A DNA stretch of 59,554 nt, filler included, from Streblomastix strix (taxonomy: Eukaryota): assembly GCA_008636045.1 (NCBI GenBank). It is 2 parts of 2 records of this genome, joined end to end, with 100 filler letters (N's around TTAATTAATTAA, not from the genome) between each part and the next. Parts side by side here need not be neighbours in the genome. Positions count along the whole stretch, not along the records: positions 29,891 to 59,554 come from SNRW01000098.1; 1 more part is not named here. One strand, written 5' to 3'. Under the pieces are notes generated by a model. That model was given only the letters and a program-made list of their open reading frames with translations, did no database searches and was not told the DNA's origin. The first letter of the stretch is position 1. Each line of letters opens with the position of its first letter. Positions 30,631 to 43,190 of this stretch are shown in pieces. A program made the position numbers and the translations under genes.

Positions 30631-31793
30631 ATGTATGAAAAATGAAAGAGATAGAGAAAAAAGAAGAGCAGAATAAGCAGAATAAAAATATGAAAGAGAA
30701 GAATAAGATAAAAATATGGAGAAATAAAAAAATTAAAGACTAAAAGAAGAACTTAAAAGATAACACGACGAAAAAGAAAAGTTGATTACTGAGAATTCAA
30801 GGTTGAAATCAATATTCGATTAATTGAAATCAGCGCATGAAAAAGCGAAAAAGAACTTGAAGATGAACTAAAAAAAGAATTCAGAACTAGTTGATAAACA
30901 ATAATAATTACAAAGTGAATATGACAAATTGAAAGCTGCAAAAGAAGCAGTTGATAATAGTTTGAAGATGAATAAAAGAAGAATTCTGATTTATTCAATA
31001 AACAAAAGTTGCTTCAGAATGAATACGATAAATTTAAAGCAGCCAAAGAAGCTGTTGATAAAGAACTTGAATAAGAGCGAAAGAATAATTATAATTAATT
31101 AAATAAATTTACAAATCTGCAAGCAGAATATGATAAATTGAATTTAGCATATAAAAAAAGTTAGAAAGAACTTAATGAAGAAAGAAATAAGAATTCAGAA
31201 TTAGAAAAGAAGTTGAGTGTTCAATAAGCGGAATATGAAGAATTAAAAGCAGTTTTGAAGAAAAGTGAACAAGAATTAGATGATGTGAATAAGAAATATG
31301 AGTAATTGGATAAATAGTATGAAGAATTATAATAAAAACTTAAATAACTTTCAGACGAATATACTAAGCTGAAAGCAGCAAACGAAGTTTAAGATAAAGA
31401 TCTTAATAATGAATAATAAAAGAATTAAGGATTAACTTATAAACTAAAAGCTTTTTAATGAGAATATATAAAATTGCAAGCATCAAAATTAATAAGCGAT
31501 CAATAACTTGATGATGAAAAAAAAGAAAAATTCTGAATTATTAAAATAATAAAAAGCGCTTCAATCCGAATATGATAAATTAAAAGCAGCTAAATAAATT
31601 AATGAAAAAGAACATGATGATTTGAATAAGAAATATGAATAATTGAATAAATTGCATGAAGAATTATAATAAAAACTTTTATAACTTTAAGCTAAATATG
31701 CTTAATTGCTAGCATGTAAATAAATAATAGAAACAAAAGAATTAATTGTATGAAATCCCATTCATATAATAGAACCATTCGAATTCATAATGA
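30631..31793 (+). pseudogene. Coiled-coil protein with ~35-aa repeats, frameshifted, ending at the Helitron 5' end
   Basis: Repeats LQSEYDKLKAAKEAVDQQFEDEQKKNSDL / LQNEYDKFKAAKEAVDKELEQERKNN / LQAEYDKLNLAYKKSQKELNEERNKNSEL; frameshifts in A-runs and an internal TGA. Confidence 0.65.
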
Positions 31794-32014
31794 TCATAAT
31801 ATATATAAAGACGGATGATTGATTTTAAATTACTCCATAGACACTTGACTGATTTTATTCTCTGTAAGATAGAAATATATATATAATAATAATTAAAATT
31901 CATTGTAGTGAAATTGCTTGTCTCGACTTTCTTACTTTTTGAAAATTCATTTATGGGCAAGATCGTTGACTTATTTTTCAGTATTTGGATAAAAAAAATA
32001 TTTTTTCTTCGTGT

Positions 32015-32325
32015 TTATTGCAAATTTTTATTTGTATTTGAGCATATATATACGTAATTGCCCAAAAAATAATAAAATTACACTCATTAATTTCGCTAGA
32101 TGCACCAAATTTTTATTTTACCGCATTTGCAAATTATTGCCTCGCCAATTATTTATACATTGCATTTTTAAGTGTATTTGCAAATATATTCGTAATTGCC
32201 CATAAAATAATAAGATTACGCTCAATAATTTCGTTAGCTGCACCAAATTTTTATTTTATCGCATTAACACGTTGTGACTTTGCATATTGTATATATATAT
32301 CATTTTTGATTGAATTCGAATATTA
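32015..32325 (+). repeat. ~140-bp tandem repeat (~2 copies) in the Helitron 5' region
   Basis: TGTATTTG...CGTAATTGCCCA.AAAATAATAA.ATTAC.CTCA.TAATTTCG.TAG.TGCACCAAATTTTTATTTTA starting at 32033 and 32173. Confidence 0.85.
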
Positions 32326-32346
32326 TTTTATGTTAATTTTCAGGAT

Positions 32347-35300
32347 ATGAATTATTAACACAAAAACAGATAGGAAAATTTTGAAGATTAAGATTATTGT
32401 CCAGAAAAATCAAGAAGAAGGAACTCAAAATCTATAGTTAATTTCAGATAGATAAGAAGAATAGCCGAGGAGGATTTGTATGACCAGAATAAGTCTATAA
32501 CTCCATTTTAACATGGTATTGAAACTTTCACTAAAGATAAAGATAATATCTACAAGTCTTTATTTTTACCTCCAAACTACAATGTACAAAAGGACAATTA
32601 AAATTTTAATGGCATTATTCCTTAACAACCATTAAATATTAATGATTAATAGCTTGAAAAAGAAATTAATTACTTATTACGACCATCAAATTACTACAAA
32701 TAAAACATCAATGAAGATTTGAATGATATTGGACCTAAATATCCAAAAAATATTAATAGTTATGATGATGAAGATGATAATAATAACTTAATGAGACCAC
32801 CAAATTACAATAAAAAATACATAAATATAAATTTAATTAATATCATATAATAATCTGAAAAATATATTACAAACTTAGGGAACATTTAAGCTCGACCTAA
32901 GTACAATTTACGAGTAAATGCGGGAAAGTTAATATACGAAGCAATGGAATATTTGTAACTTCAATTAAGACAAAGAAGGGACGGTAGCATATTGCATAAT
33001 TGCGGTCAATTCAACATAAAATGCAGCGCATGCAGGGCTCTATACTTTAGTTTTTTTTAAATAGTAGGGGAAAAATCAACATTTAATGATTGGCATAATC
33101 ATGGAAAAATCGAATATCCTCCGGTTCCTGAATTTAATGGAATAATGAAAGATATATTCAATAAAGTTCATCCTAAACATTTGAATTTTTTGGAGAATAT
33201 TAGAAAACTCAATTCAGTACTTGCATATGCATCATTTCGTGGAGATATTTAAGTGATTCCTTGGAGAACTCCTTACATATTACGATTTCAAGGAATTTCA
33301 ATGGTACAAGTTAATCCGATATATCCTGAGAAAAATAATCCATCTTATGCATAATTGTACATAATTGACACCTGAGAAGCATGCACAAGAAGAAATACCT
33401 ACAAAACAAAAGAATAATGTGATAATGAACTAATAGATTTATTAAGCCAATAGATGGAAGATAATAATCCATATGCAGTGAGTTTTAGATCAATGAGAAA
33501 TAAATTAGATGAAGAGAATGAAGCAGCGCAAAATGAAGGAAGGGCAATTTAAGATTTTTAATTGTGTTTCATGAAAAAAGAGACTAGGCTAACTGAGAAA
33601 GTGTATACATTAACTTTAACTGATGAAGTTGCAGCTGTTAGCGCCTGCGCAGATGAATAAGAGTTATAGAATGCATCATAAATTTTATTTCAAAGGCATG
33701 GAAGGTTAAAATATTTAATCGTAACAGATTCAGCAAAAGATAGCATGGCTTTTCCTGTACTTTTCCCTAAAGGAGTTAGGAGTTGGAGATGCAGCGATTA
33801 AAAGAAAATTTAAGATAATTAGCAAACTAATCAATTACAAGAAAATGAAAACTTAGATCTTAATGAAATCGATGAAGAAAATGTAGATTTTCCAATTTTG
33901 CCCATCGATACAAATTTGAAGAAAAATATTTCATAAAGCGAATATTACTGATATAAATTTGCTAGAAGAACAAACTTCTCATCGTTGCATCTCTCCAATA
34001 AGCTTTTCTATAGGGTTGCACGAAAATCCGCGGAAATTGCGCGGTTTCCGCGAATTTATTTAGACTTCGCGGAAATTTTAATTGAGACCCCATAAAAAAA
34101 TTAAAAAAAATATTTTTTTTTAAAAAATTTCATTTTAAGTTTTAACTAAAATAAATCAAAAAATATATGAAATTTGTTGATTAGTAATGTGAAAAGGAAA
34201 ATAGAAGAAAAAATCCAAAAATTGAATAATTACACTCGAATTCGATTAAAATGATATAACTCTTTAATAGCCTCATCTAAGCTTTCCGCGAATTTCGCGG
34301 AATCCGATCGCGGATTGAAAATTTTCATATTTATTCATGCTGCCCTAATTTTATAAGAATATTTAATATATGGAGCCTTATATGTAGTTTCTTCCAAACT
34401 AAACTGGGTAAAGAATCATCAATAAACTCTAAGCGTTGAAACGTATAAAGAGCTAAAAGACTACGTCAACCGATTAAATATTTAAGAATGAGTACTGTCA
34501 TTAGAAAGATTCATACTTCCAAGTTCGTTTGAGGGAGGTGAGAAAAATCTTGCATAACATTATTATGATTCAATGACTTTTGTCAAAGAATTTGGACATC
34601 CTGATCTTCTTATAACATTTACATCAAACCCACGATGGGATGAAATTTTAAGTATAATTGGAGATGATTCTTCAGCTAATCTTCCTGATATTGTATGTAT
34701 GAATTTCATAATAAAGATATAAGAATTTTTGGGTGATATAGTTCAGTGTCATATTCTTGGTAAAATATCTTGCAACTGCAATAGAATCGAATTTCAAAAA
34801 CTTGGTTTTCCTCATGTTCAAATATTAGTTACATTTTAATAACAAGACAAATTGAACACAACGAACAAAATTGATAATATATTTTCTGCAAAAATTCAAA
34901 GTATAGAATAAAATTCAGAACTTCATAATGTAGTACTTTAACATGTTGTACATAAAAAATGCCATGAAAGAAGTGAATGTTGGAAAAATAATGAATATTA
35001 AAAAGGATTTCCAAAGCTATTTTGTGAATTAACTTAGTTAACTGATAACGGGTATCCGTTTTACTAAAGAAAAGAACAATTCAATGAAGCAACAGAAGGG
35101 AAATATTAAAATAATAGATGGGTTGTTCCATATAACAGAATATTACTTCTCAAATATAACGTTCATATCAGTGTATAACATTGTGCCTGTCTTAAGAGTA
35201 TGAAGTTTGTATTCAAATACGTATTTAAACCGTCAGATAGATCAAGGAATTAAGTTATTTCAAATTTTAGCGAAGATGGACATCAGTAAAAAGTAAGCGT

Positions 35301-37600
35301 AGATGAAGTATAGAATTAAATTGATGGACTTTATATGTGTGTGCATGAAGTATACTTAATAATATTGGGAGTTACGTTATTGCGTCTTTTTCATTCCGTT
35401 ATAAGATTTGCAATTCATCTTCCAAATGAATAATTTGTGTACTTTTAAGAAGGAAATGAAACTTCTGCAGCACTTAATTCTAATTCTATTAAAACAACTT
35501 TAACTGCTTTCTTTAATTTAAATGATGAATGCAGGAAATAATTTGGGGATGTAATTGATGAAGGTGAATATAATTCAAGAAAATATACATATGATTAAAT
35601 TCCTAAGCATTCTACTTTTAATACGGTTACCAAACTATGGAAACCTAAACTTTGTGGGAAGAAAACTATTGGAAGGTTATATAATGTTTCCTCTAAAGAA
35701 TTAGAATTTTATTGTATGAGAGATTTATTATTTCATATTAAAGGATTTAAATCTTTTGAAACATTTAGAAAATTTGATTAAATATAAAATCAATCTTTTC
35801 AAGATGCAGCTGCAGCATATAGGTTATTAGAAGATAATAAGTTATTATGTAATATTTTACTTGAAGCTTGCACATTTAGAATGTCTTCTGCCTTAAAATT
35901 CCTTCAAATAGTCACAATCAAAGAATGTTTACCAAGAAATCCTGCTCAATTATAGACCGAGTTTTCCTTGCAATTGTCTGAAGGCTTCCATAATAAAAGA
36001 CAGCAAATCAATAATACTTCAAGATATGAGCTATCTGTTCATGAAATTGAATTAGCAAAAGAGGACGCTTTCCAGGATCAGAAAAATATATTATAAAATC
36101 TAACCATTAACCTCCATTATTTATTAAATTGGAATGAAGTATAAAACTATTAAACTATTGACTTATTATAGTAAGATAATGTGGTAGAATCCATGAATCA
36201 ATTACTAGATTAATTAAATGATGATTAGAAAGAAATTGCTTAGTTGATTATTGGAATATTAAATAATTTATATCTTTAACATTCTCGGCTAATTTTCGTT
36301 GATGGTCCAGCTGGGACTGGAAAGACTTTTCTGTATAATATCATTAACAAGATAGTCAATCTAATTAGGGAAAAAAATTCTCAATTGCACATGGGCTGGA
36401 ATTGCTGCCTGTCTATTATCATAAGGATAAAGCTCACGTAACATTTTCAAACTTACAATACTACTACCTTCCTCCAAAGAATTTTTCAAAAATTACTTAA
36501 GCAAAAAATGGACTATTGTGGAATTAGTTACAGTTGGTTGAAGTAATAATATATGATAAAGCTCCAATGGCAAGTAAGTGGGCTATTGAATCTGTTGATA
36601 AGAAATTAAAAGAAATTAGAAAAAATGATAAAGATTTTGGAGGAGTTCTGATGATTTTTGGAGGAGATTTCAGATAAGTCTTCCCAATAGTCAAATTTGG
36701 AGGGCGTAATGAGTAAGTAAATGCATCAATTCAGAAATCAAACTTATGGAGAAAATTTTATACCGTAAAGTTGAAGAAAAACATGAGAACAGGAAAAGGA
36801 TCAAAAGAGTTTTCTTCCTTTCTTATGTAAATTGGAAATCTCACGATGGAATTAAGATAAAAACGAAATGATTGATATTCCACATATTTGCAAGAGTTAG
36901 GAGAACTTAACTAAGAATATTTTTGGAGGTAATATATTGAATTCTAACTAATAAGCAAATGATGGTATACTTTGTACAACAAATAGTGATTCAGATAACA
37001 TTAATGATTACGTACTTAGATTGCTTAAGTGTGATCCAATTCAATTAATCATTTCAAATAAAGCATTATTAAAAAATGGGGGAATCGTTAGATGAATTTA
37101 CAAGAGATATGCTCAACAATCTCACACTAGCTGCACTTCCTCCACATTTTCTAAATATCAAAATTTGTGCGTCAGTTATGCTTCTAAGAAATATGAACAT
37201 AAAATTAGGACTTTGCAATGGAACACGACTAAAAGTTATTGCAATTAAACCTTCAGTAATTTAATGAAACATTTTTACTGGACCAATTACAGGGACTATT
37301 GTCTTCGTTCCAAAGATGGATATCACTTCAACTGATACAAACAATCCATTCATTTCACATTGTTATTAGTTTCCTTTGAAACTCTGTTATGCTATGACTA
37401 TCAACAAATCCTAAGGTTAAACTCAGAATAAAGTATGAATTCATCTTAGATAGTAAGTTTTTACCTTTGAATAACTATACGTTGCTCTTTCAAAGTGTAG
37501 AAAAATGAATGATTCGAAAATTTTCTCAAAGGACTCAAAGAATAAATAAATCAATAAGATGAAAAATGTAGTGTTCAAAGAAGCATTAACAAAATATAGA
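32347..37600 (+). pseudogene. Helitron RepHel (HUH Rep + PIF1-family helicase) with stops and frameshifts
   Basis: Rep motifs FLENIRKLNS, YAQLYIID, LPSSFEGG, PDLLITFTSNPRW, IEFQKLGFPHVQI, VVPYN and KFVFKYVFK. Helicase motifs [25 protein letters not shown]...GLCNGTRL, QFPLKLCYAMTINKSQGQT, QLYVALS and KNVVFKE. Confidence 0.92.
34011..34347. mobile_element. hAT-like MITE nested in the Helitron Rep gene
   Basis: TIRs TAGGGTTGCACGAA / TTCATGCTGCCCTA (11/14 match); degenerate 8-bp TSD CTTTTCTA / ATTTTATA; subterminal CCGCG/CGCGGAA repeats. Removal restores the conserved KLFQEYL motif. Confidence 0.85.
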
Positions 37601-37780
37601 TTTTCAAAATCATTTCATTTTACAAATAGCGAGCAGTAATAAACAAAAATTTATTTATTTAAAATAGTTCTATCTCTAGTTTTAGTTAAACGAATTTTAA
37701 TAATAATTGTGTTTATTTGCCGCATTTGGGGTAGGTTTCCCATTAGTCGTTTTAAACTAAAAAATATACATCTTTATTCG

Positions 37781-39220
37781 ATGGATTATGACTTACACAT
37801 ATAAAATTTTGATAATGCAAGGACTTAAATTTATTCTCAAGTATTCAAGAATAATTAGAGGGATCACTGAATTTAAATCAAATTAAAAATTTGAAAAAAA
37901 AAAATTTAAATAAATATTAAATTATATTTATAATAATTAGGATATTTAATTATTATCATTTTACTAAAACAAGATTGAAATTGACAAAATTATTAGTGAA
38001 TTGAAATAAACAAAATTTGATTTATTTATTCAACTGCATATTCCTACATCTTCAGATAATTTAGATTGTAATAATATAGAAAATAAGTTATTATTATATT
38101 TTACTAGAAAATAATTAATGTTATTTTTATATTAATCTGTAATCTTTAATCTAAATATATTATAGAGGAAAAACAAAGATAAATTAAAAGAATATGAAAA
38201 GATTTTAATAATCGGAATTGAAATTAATTCGAGAAAAGATAAAGTGAGTCAATCAACTGCTCAATCAATACCTTGAAATATTAGTTAAACATAAGGATAC
38301 ACTAAATCGTTACATAAAGTAACAACAATTTATCCTCCTTTTCAATCTCATCACTCAAATCTCAATTAATAGTATGGAAATTAATCTTCAACTAAAAAAG
38401 AAAATTAGAAAAATAATAATTAAATTATACAATAATCTGATTAATAATCGAAACATGGATAATCGTTAGTAATTAAATATATAGATAAAAATATGAAATA
38501 ATAATTTGAAAAGATTCTAATTACAACATCATTATTCAAAGAGTCAGTTATTCAAAGTAAAATTAGACATATAGATCGATTTACATTATCTTACTTAATT
38601 TATTAAAGAGAAAAACTTAAATGTATATATTCAAATCAAGATAATATCAATAACTATTATTAAATGTAATAGAAAATAAAAGATATATTCAACTTAACTG
38701 AAACAACAAAGAATATAAAACATAATGATAGATAATCTGATGAATAATCAAAATACGTCTATATTGATGAGAATTAATAGATGTATTGAAATAAAATAAA
38801 ATAATGAGGGCAAATTAATACCTTCAGAGAATTCAAATGAAAATTAAGTTGATAGAGATATATCTCGTAATGATAATGAATCTAAAAGTTCAAGCACATA
38901 AAATAATAATTAGAAAACACAACTTAATTAATGAACCAATTCACGGAAGTACAATTCCTTCAATATTATTAGAATTGTCATCTGTAAGATGTGTGAATAC
39001 CAATATTGTGATGTTCAGAGTTATATTCGATAATATCATATCAGTTGGAGAACTCCATCAAGTGAATATTGAAGTATCTCATTAAAATAATACTTAGAAA
39101 GACTGAAATATTAATATTGGAATTACATCAAATATCATCCACTTCATAAGGAGTTGAAGGATCCAAAACACTTGAGTTGGGAAAAGAATGAAAATGAATA
39201 ACTAAATGAAAATGAATAAT
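37781..39220 (+). pseudogene. Degenerate Q/N-rich hypothetical coding region
   Basis: Long coding-like stretches under table 6 broken by several TGA codons; intron-like segment near 38086-38165. No recognisable domain. Confidence 0.35.
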
Positions 39221-39627
39221 TATAATTAATTTAGTTTATTTGGAAGAGTCTAATTTATTTCATTTCTTTATCATTTCTAGTCTTTATTATTATAACTGAT
39301 TTAATTTTGAATATAAATTTTATCTCAGTTTATAAATATAATATGGCATTATTATGCTCTAATGCACATTACTAATAAGATTATATTCTTATTTTGGATA
39401 ATTTAAATTATTTTATGTCTTAGAATTGCTTTGTTTGAACAAGTTAATATTGATATTGAGAACAATAGACTGTAAACATCTAATTCTAATAAGCGAATAA
39501 GCAAATACATTTGAATAGTAATAAATAAAACAATCATATTTTAATATTGTTGTACTGTATGGTGTGTTTATTACCTAATTACAACCTAATCATAATCAAA
39601 ACAATCACTCTCTTTTAAAGCTTCTTT

Positions 39628-40470
39628 TCATTTTTAGTATCCTTTAAGAATCTTCACATTATCTTCGGCGTATTTATCATTATTACCTGAATGAACCTGA
39701 AGTCTGTATATGCAAGTTTAATCTTCATTCCCATAGTTATTCACAAACTCAAATCGAACGAATTTGCATGTTAAATGCTTCAATTCTCCTTCGATATCAA
39801 ATTTCTATGCCTCAAATGTCTGTTGAGGAAGCACTTCAGGATCAAAATTACCTTCTGCAATCAAACGCTCATCTTTCTTCAATTTCTTTGATTCAGAACT
39901 AACAGAAACATCATATATGCATGCTGCTGTGAAATGACGTGGTGCCGATGTGAAACTTGGTGTCAATCCAGAAGGAATATGTGAGATAGTTACACCTGAG
40001 ACTGGTTCTTCTTTTGGATGCTTTATTATTATGTAAGATGGTTTATCTTTTCCTTCTTTTGTCTTTTCTAACTTCAGTGCGTAACATTCTCCAAGTATTA
40101 CATCTGAACCCTGTTATATGTATTATTATCACATATATAATATGTATCATGTATAATGTATAATTAATAATAATTAATAATAATCAATAATAAATATTAA
40201 TAATCATATATAATATAAAATATTCAAATGCAAAATTCAAGTACAATGGAAGGATCAATCAACAAAGGATTAACTGTGATGACATTTGTAATACTTGATA
40301 TAATACTCTTCTTTGTATGATCATATCCTTTAGAATGATCCGATATTTATGCATCTGCTGTTTTCTAAGCAATATTTGGATTGTAACAAGAATTACGCGC
40401 TTGTTAGATAATAATACATAAATTGATTAAGATAGAAACTACGCGTAAAAAAGAGTTTACCCATGACGAC
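39628..40470 (-). CDS. SUN (Sad1/UNC-84) domain nuclear-envelope protein; 5' start uncertain (open to ATG 40661)
   Basis: TM-like VVSILINLCIII, then PNIAQKTADAQISDHSKGY, intron 40111-40244, ILGECYA, VTISHIP...TSAPRHF and NNYGNEDQTCIYRLQVH; TGA 39628-39630. Confidence 0.85.
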
Positions 40471-41034
40471 CTGTACTAATTTTGAAAAAATTATTTTTTA
40501 GACAAAATTTAGTTTGACTATATTAATATATATATATTATATTTTTAATTAGAATTATGCACATTAAAAAAAATTTGATATTTTTTTTTTATTTTTTTTA
40601 TTTTTGGTCGTTTTTTCTTGGCTGGGTGGGTATGTCGGGCTCTGGGTGGTTGGGTTGGCATCCCCAAATTTATTTAATCCTTCCACTTAAAGTTTCAATT
40701 ACAACATTATTGCTTATTAAGACTAATTTACTAATAACAAATAATTCAAGAATTACGCCTGAACTATTATTAATTCTAACATTAAATCTGTTCATAATTA
40801 TATTTTTGTATATGCAACCATAGCTTTACCAATTTAAGCAAAAAACTTCACTAAAACAAGGAAATCGGGGAAATTTGGAATAAAAACAAAAAAAAGCACT
40901 TGCCAGATTAAGACGAAACATTTCTATATTTAATAATTAACAAATTTATTAAATAAATTAAATACTTTACTATTGAACTCACTTTTTTGCTATGTTTGAA
41001 TAATTTTATAGAACTGTGAATCTTTTTTTTGCTA

Positions 41035-41517
41035 ATGACTGATTAACATTCATGGACGGTTTCACAACCAAACAATGCGTCAACCTTTGGCCAGCTATCG
41101 TAAATCTCTGGTTCTGATAACAAAAACTAGATTTCTGATGATGAATTTGGCAGTTAATTCGATAATAGAATACAAGAACAAATAGTAATGGCATTCAGTC
41201 CATAACCTTAATATTATGATGTTCCTCCCAGTCCAGACATGTTCAACCTTCATTCGCTTTAATATGATGGCACTTCTTCAATTATCAATGGTGATGACGA
41301 AACAAAGATTGACAATCCTGATCAACAAGCTTTTATGTCTTAATTTAACTAAAATATAAACTCTCCTCCCCCATTTTTGGAATAATATAAGAAAATGCAA
41401 GATTTTACTAAATTTAAAAACTTAGATTCATTCAAATCTACAATATCTTCAGATTCTGCATAAAATACAAACATATCTACAGTCACAATTACAACAAACA
41501 GTAAAGAATCAATTTGA
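41035..41517 (+). CDS. Low-complexity S/Q/D-rich hypothetical protein (possibly a pseudogene; coding-like sequence continues past the TGA)
   Basis: ATG 41035 to TGA 41515-41517 under table 6; similar composition continues in frame to ~41697. Confidence 0.45.
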
Positions 41518-42429
41518 TCATCAATTACATCTTCAAACATGGTTGATAGCGCAAGATAGACTAAAAGTTCATATTCATCTTCATCATCAAGCTCAGATTA
41601 TTCAAATAATATTGATGAAACATAAATTCACCAGACTCAAAATTTAATTAAATAAAATATTTAATAGACAATATAATAAAATTAAGAATAAAAATGAATA
41701 ATAAAGAAATTTCTAATATATTAAATGGACTATGAAACTAGTAAATGAAAATTGATTAAGATTAAACTTGAAATAATAGTTTAGTTCAAAATTCAATGAG
41801 TGTTTTTCATTAGTTTATTCTAGCGGTTTATTCACATCATTTTAATTTAATATCAATTGTTTGTGATTAATTAATAAAATAAAAAATGTGAGTTTCATCA
41901 TTTAATTTTAATCAAATAATATTTTATTTAATTTTAATATTGGATATCAAATATAATTAAAAAAAATAATATATAACTCTTAAATCATAAATAAGTGAAT
42001 GATTGATTAAAATTCATTAAAAGTAATAAAATTGAAAATTCATTACTCAAAATATGCAAATATAATCTTTTCATCCACAATCTTCTTTGATGCAATTTTT
42101 CTCTCGACCTATTTCCTTTCTAATTCACATTATTCTTTTTTTGTACTTCTTCAATAACTGATATCCTTCTTTCTAATATTAATTATATATAAGATAAAAT
42201 AAATGAAAAAATAATTTATACTGAACATTTTAGAGACTACCACAAGTGTTGAATATATGAAAATAGAAGTAAAATTATATAATAAAATTATAATGCTGCC
42301 ATTTTATTGTTAAAAATGTAAGTAAAAATAATTAAAATTTTTATTTCTATTTAATAAAATTATATGTTTTAAACAGTACTAATATTGATAATGATTATAA
42401 TACATATTAAATCATAAACTATTGCATTT

Positions 42430-43190
42430 TTGGCATTATTCGTCACTCCCTGTCGGTGGTAATGTATGTATATCACCATTCGGGACTTCATTTCTCCTTT
42501 TTTGTTATGAGACATTGCCTCATGGACCTTTACACCCGGATCCTCAACTGGTAAATGGGGTCTGCCGTTTGAAAAACTCGAAAAGTGATGACAATATATG
42601 CCAAGACGAAGGATGCACTTTTCCTGCCTTCGAACGGACAAGCTACCCTTCATACGTAGTAGCTTATTCTGCCTGCAAACGTTACCTAACCGAGTGAATA
42701 CGAAATTTATCTATTTTCAACTGACGACGAGACACTGTCACAGAACGCCGAGGCCTAAAGGTCGAAACTGGTTACACCAGCAATGAACGCTCAACTCATA
42801 GCTAGAGAAGCCGTTGAACTCCTCGCGGGGCAGTGCGCGGCCCAGATTTACCTTTGTACGAACGTAATGACTCAAGCGTAGCTAGAGGATTATACGATTT
42901 GATCGCGCCTAGCAGCTGATTTGATACATAGACCAGCCGCTCCAATTTTGGAAACAGGCCTACCAGCGAGCTCCGGGAACACGGACAAAATTTTGCATAA
43001 TTTACGGAACCAACTCATCGTTGCATGGCGATTGATAGTGATAGTGCTCACACACGTCCTAGATTTTTAACATAAATAGACCTTAGTGGACGCACTTAAT
43101 TTATTAGCATGACTCTAGCACTTAGGAGTGCAGCTTACTTTTTTTCTCGCTACACGCTTGCGCTAGGAACAGCCAATTATGCAGCCGAAT
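42430..43190 (+). mobile_element. GC-rich retroelement relic (DIRS-like suggested): structured leader + gag-like pseudo-ORF
   Basis: Abrupt GC-rich island in AT-rich DNA. The ORF from ATG 42783 (MNAQLIAREAVELL...DKILHNLRNQLIVAWRLIVIVLTHV...TLVDALNLLA) has internal TGAs and a helical pattern reminiscent of DIRS gag. No RT or recombinase is present. Confidence 0.5.
42716..42787 (+). ncRNA. Variant/degenerate type I hammerhead ribozyme-like motif
   Basis: TTCAA-CTGA-(25-nt insert)-GA-GGCC-TAAA-GGTC-GAAA-CTGGT-TAC-ACCAG-CA-ATGAA. Stems II and III are fully paired and stem I is 4/5. The cleavage triplet is GCA instead of GUH. Confidence 0.65.

Larger units (their letters stand above)
31794..37746 (+). 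mobile_element. Full-length decayed Helitron
   Basis: 5' end A|TCATAATATATATAAAG (31794). 3' end is a degenerate hairpin GCCGCATTTGGGGT followed by TTAG|T (37746), a CTAG derivative. Inserted at an A^T site and encodes RepHel. Confidence 0.85.

Noticed and set aside
39055..39115. SISLKQYLERLKY resembling a Pho80/P-type cyclin motif
   Set aside because: An isolated short match in a stop-ridden region, with no cyclin box following.
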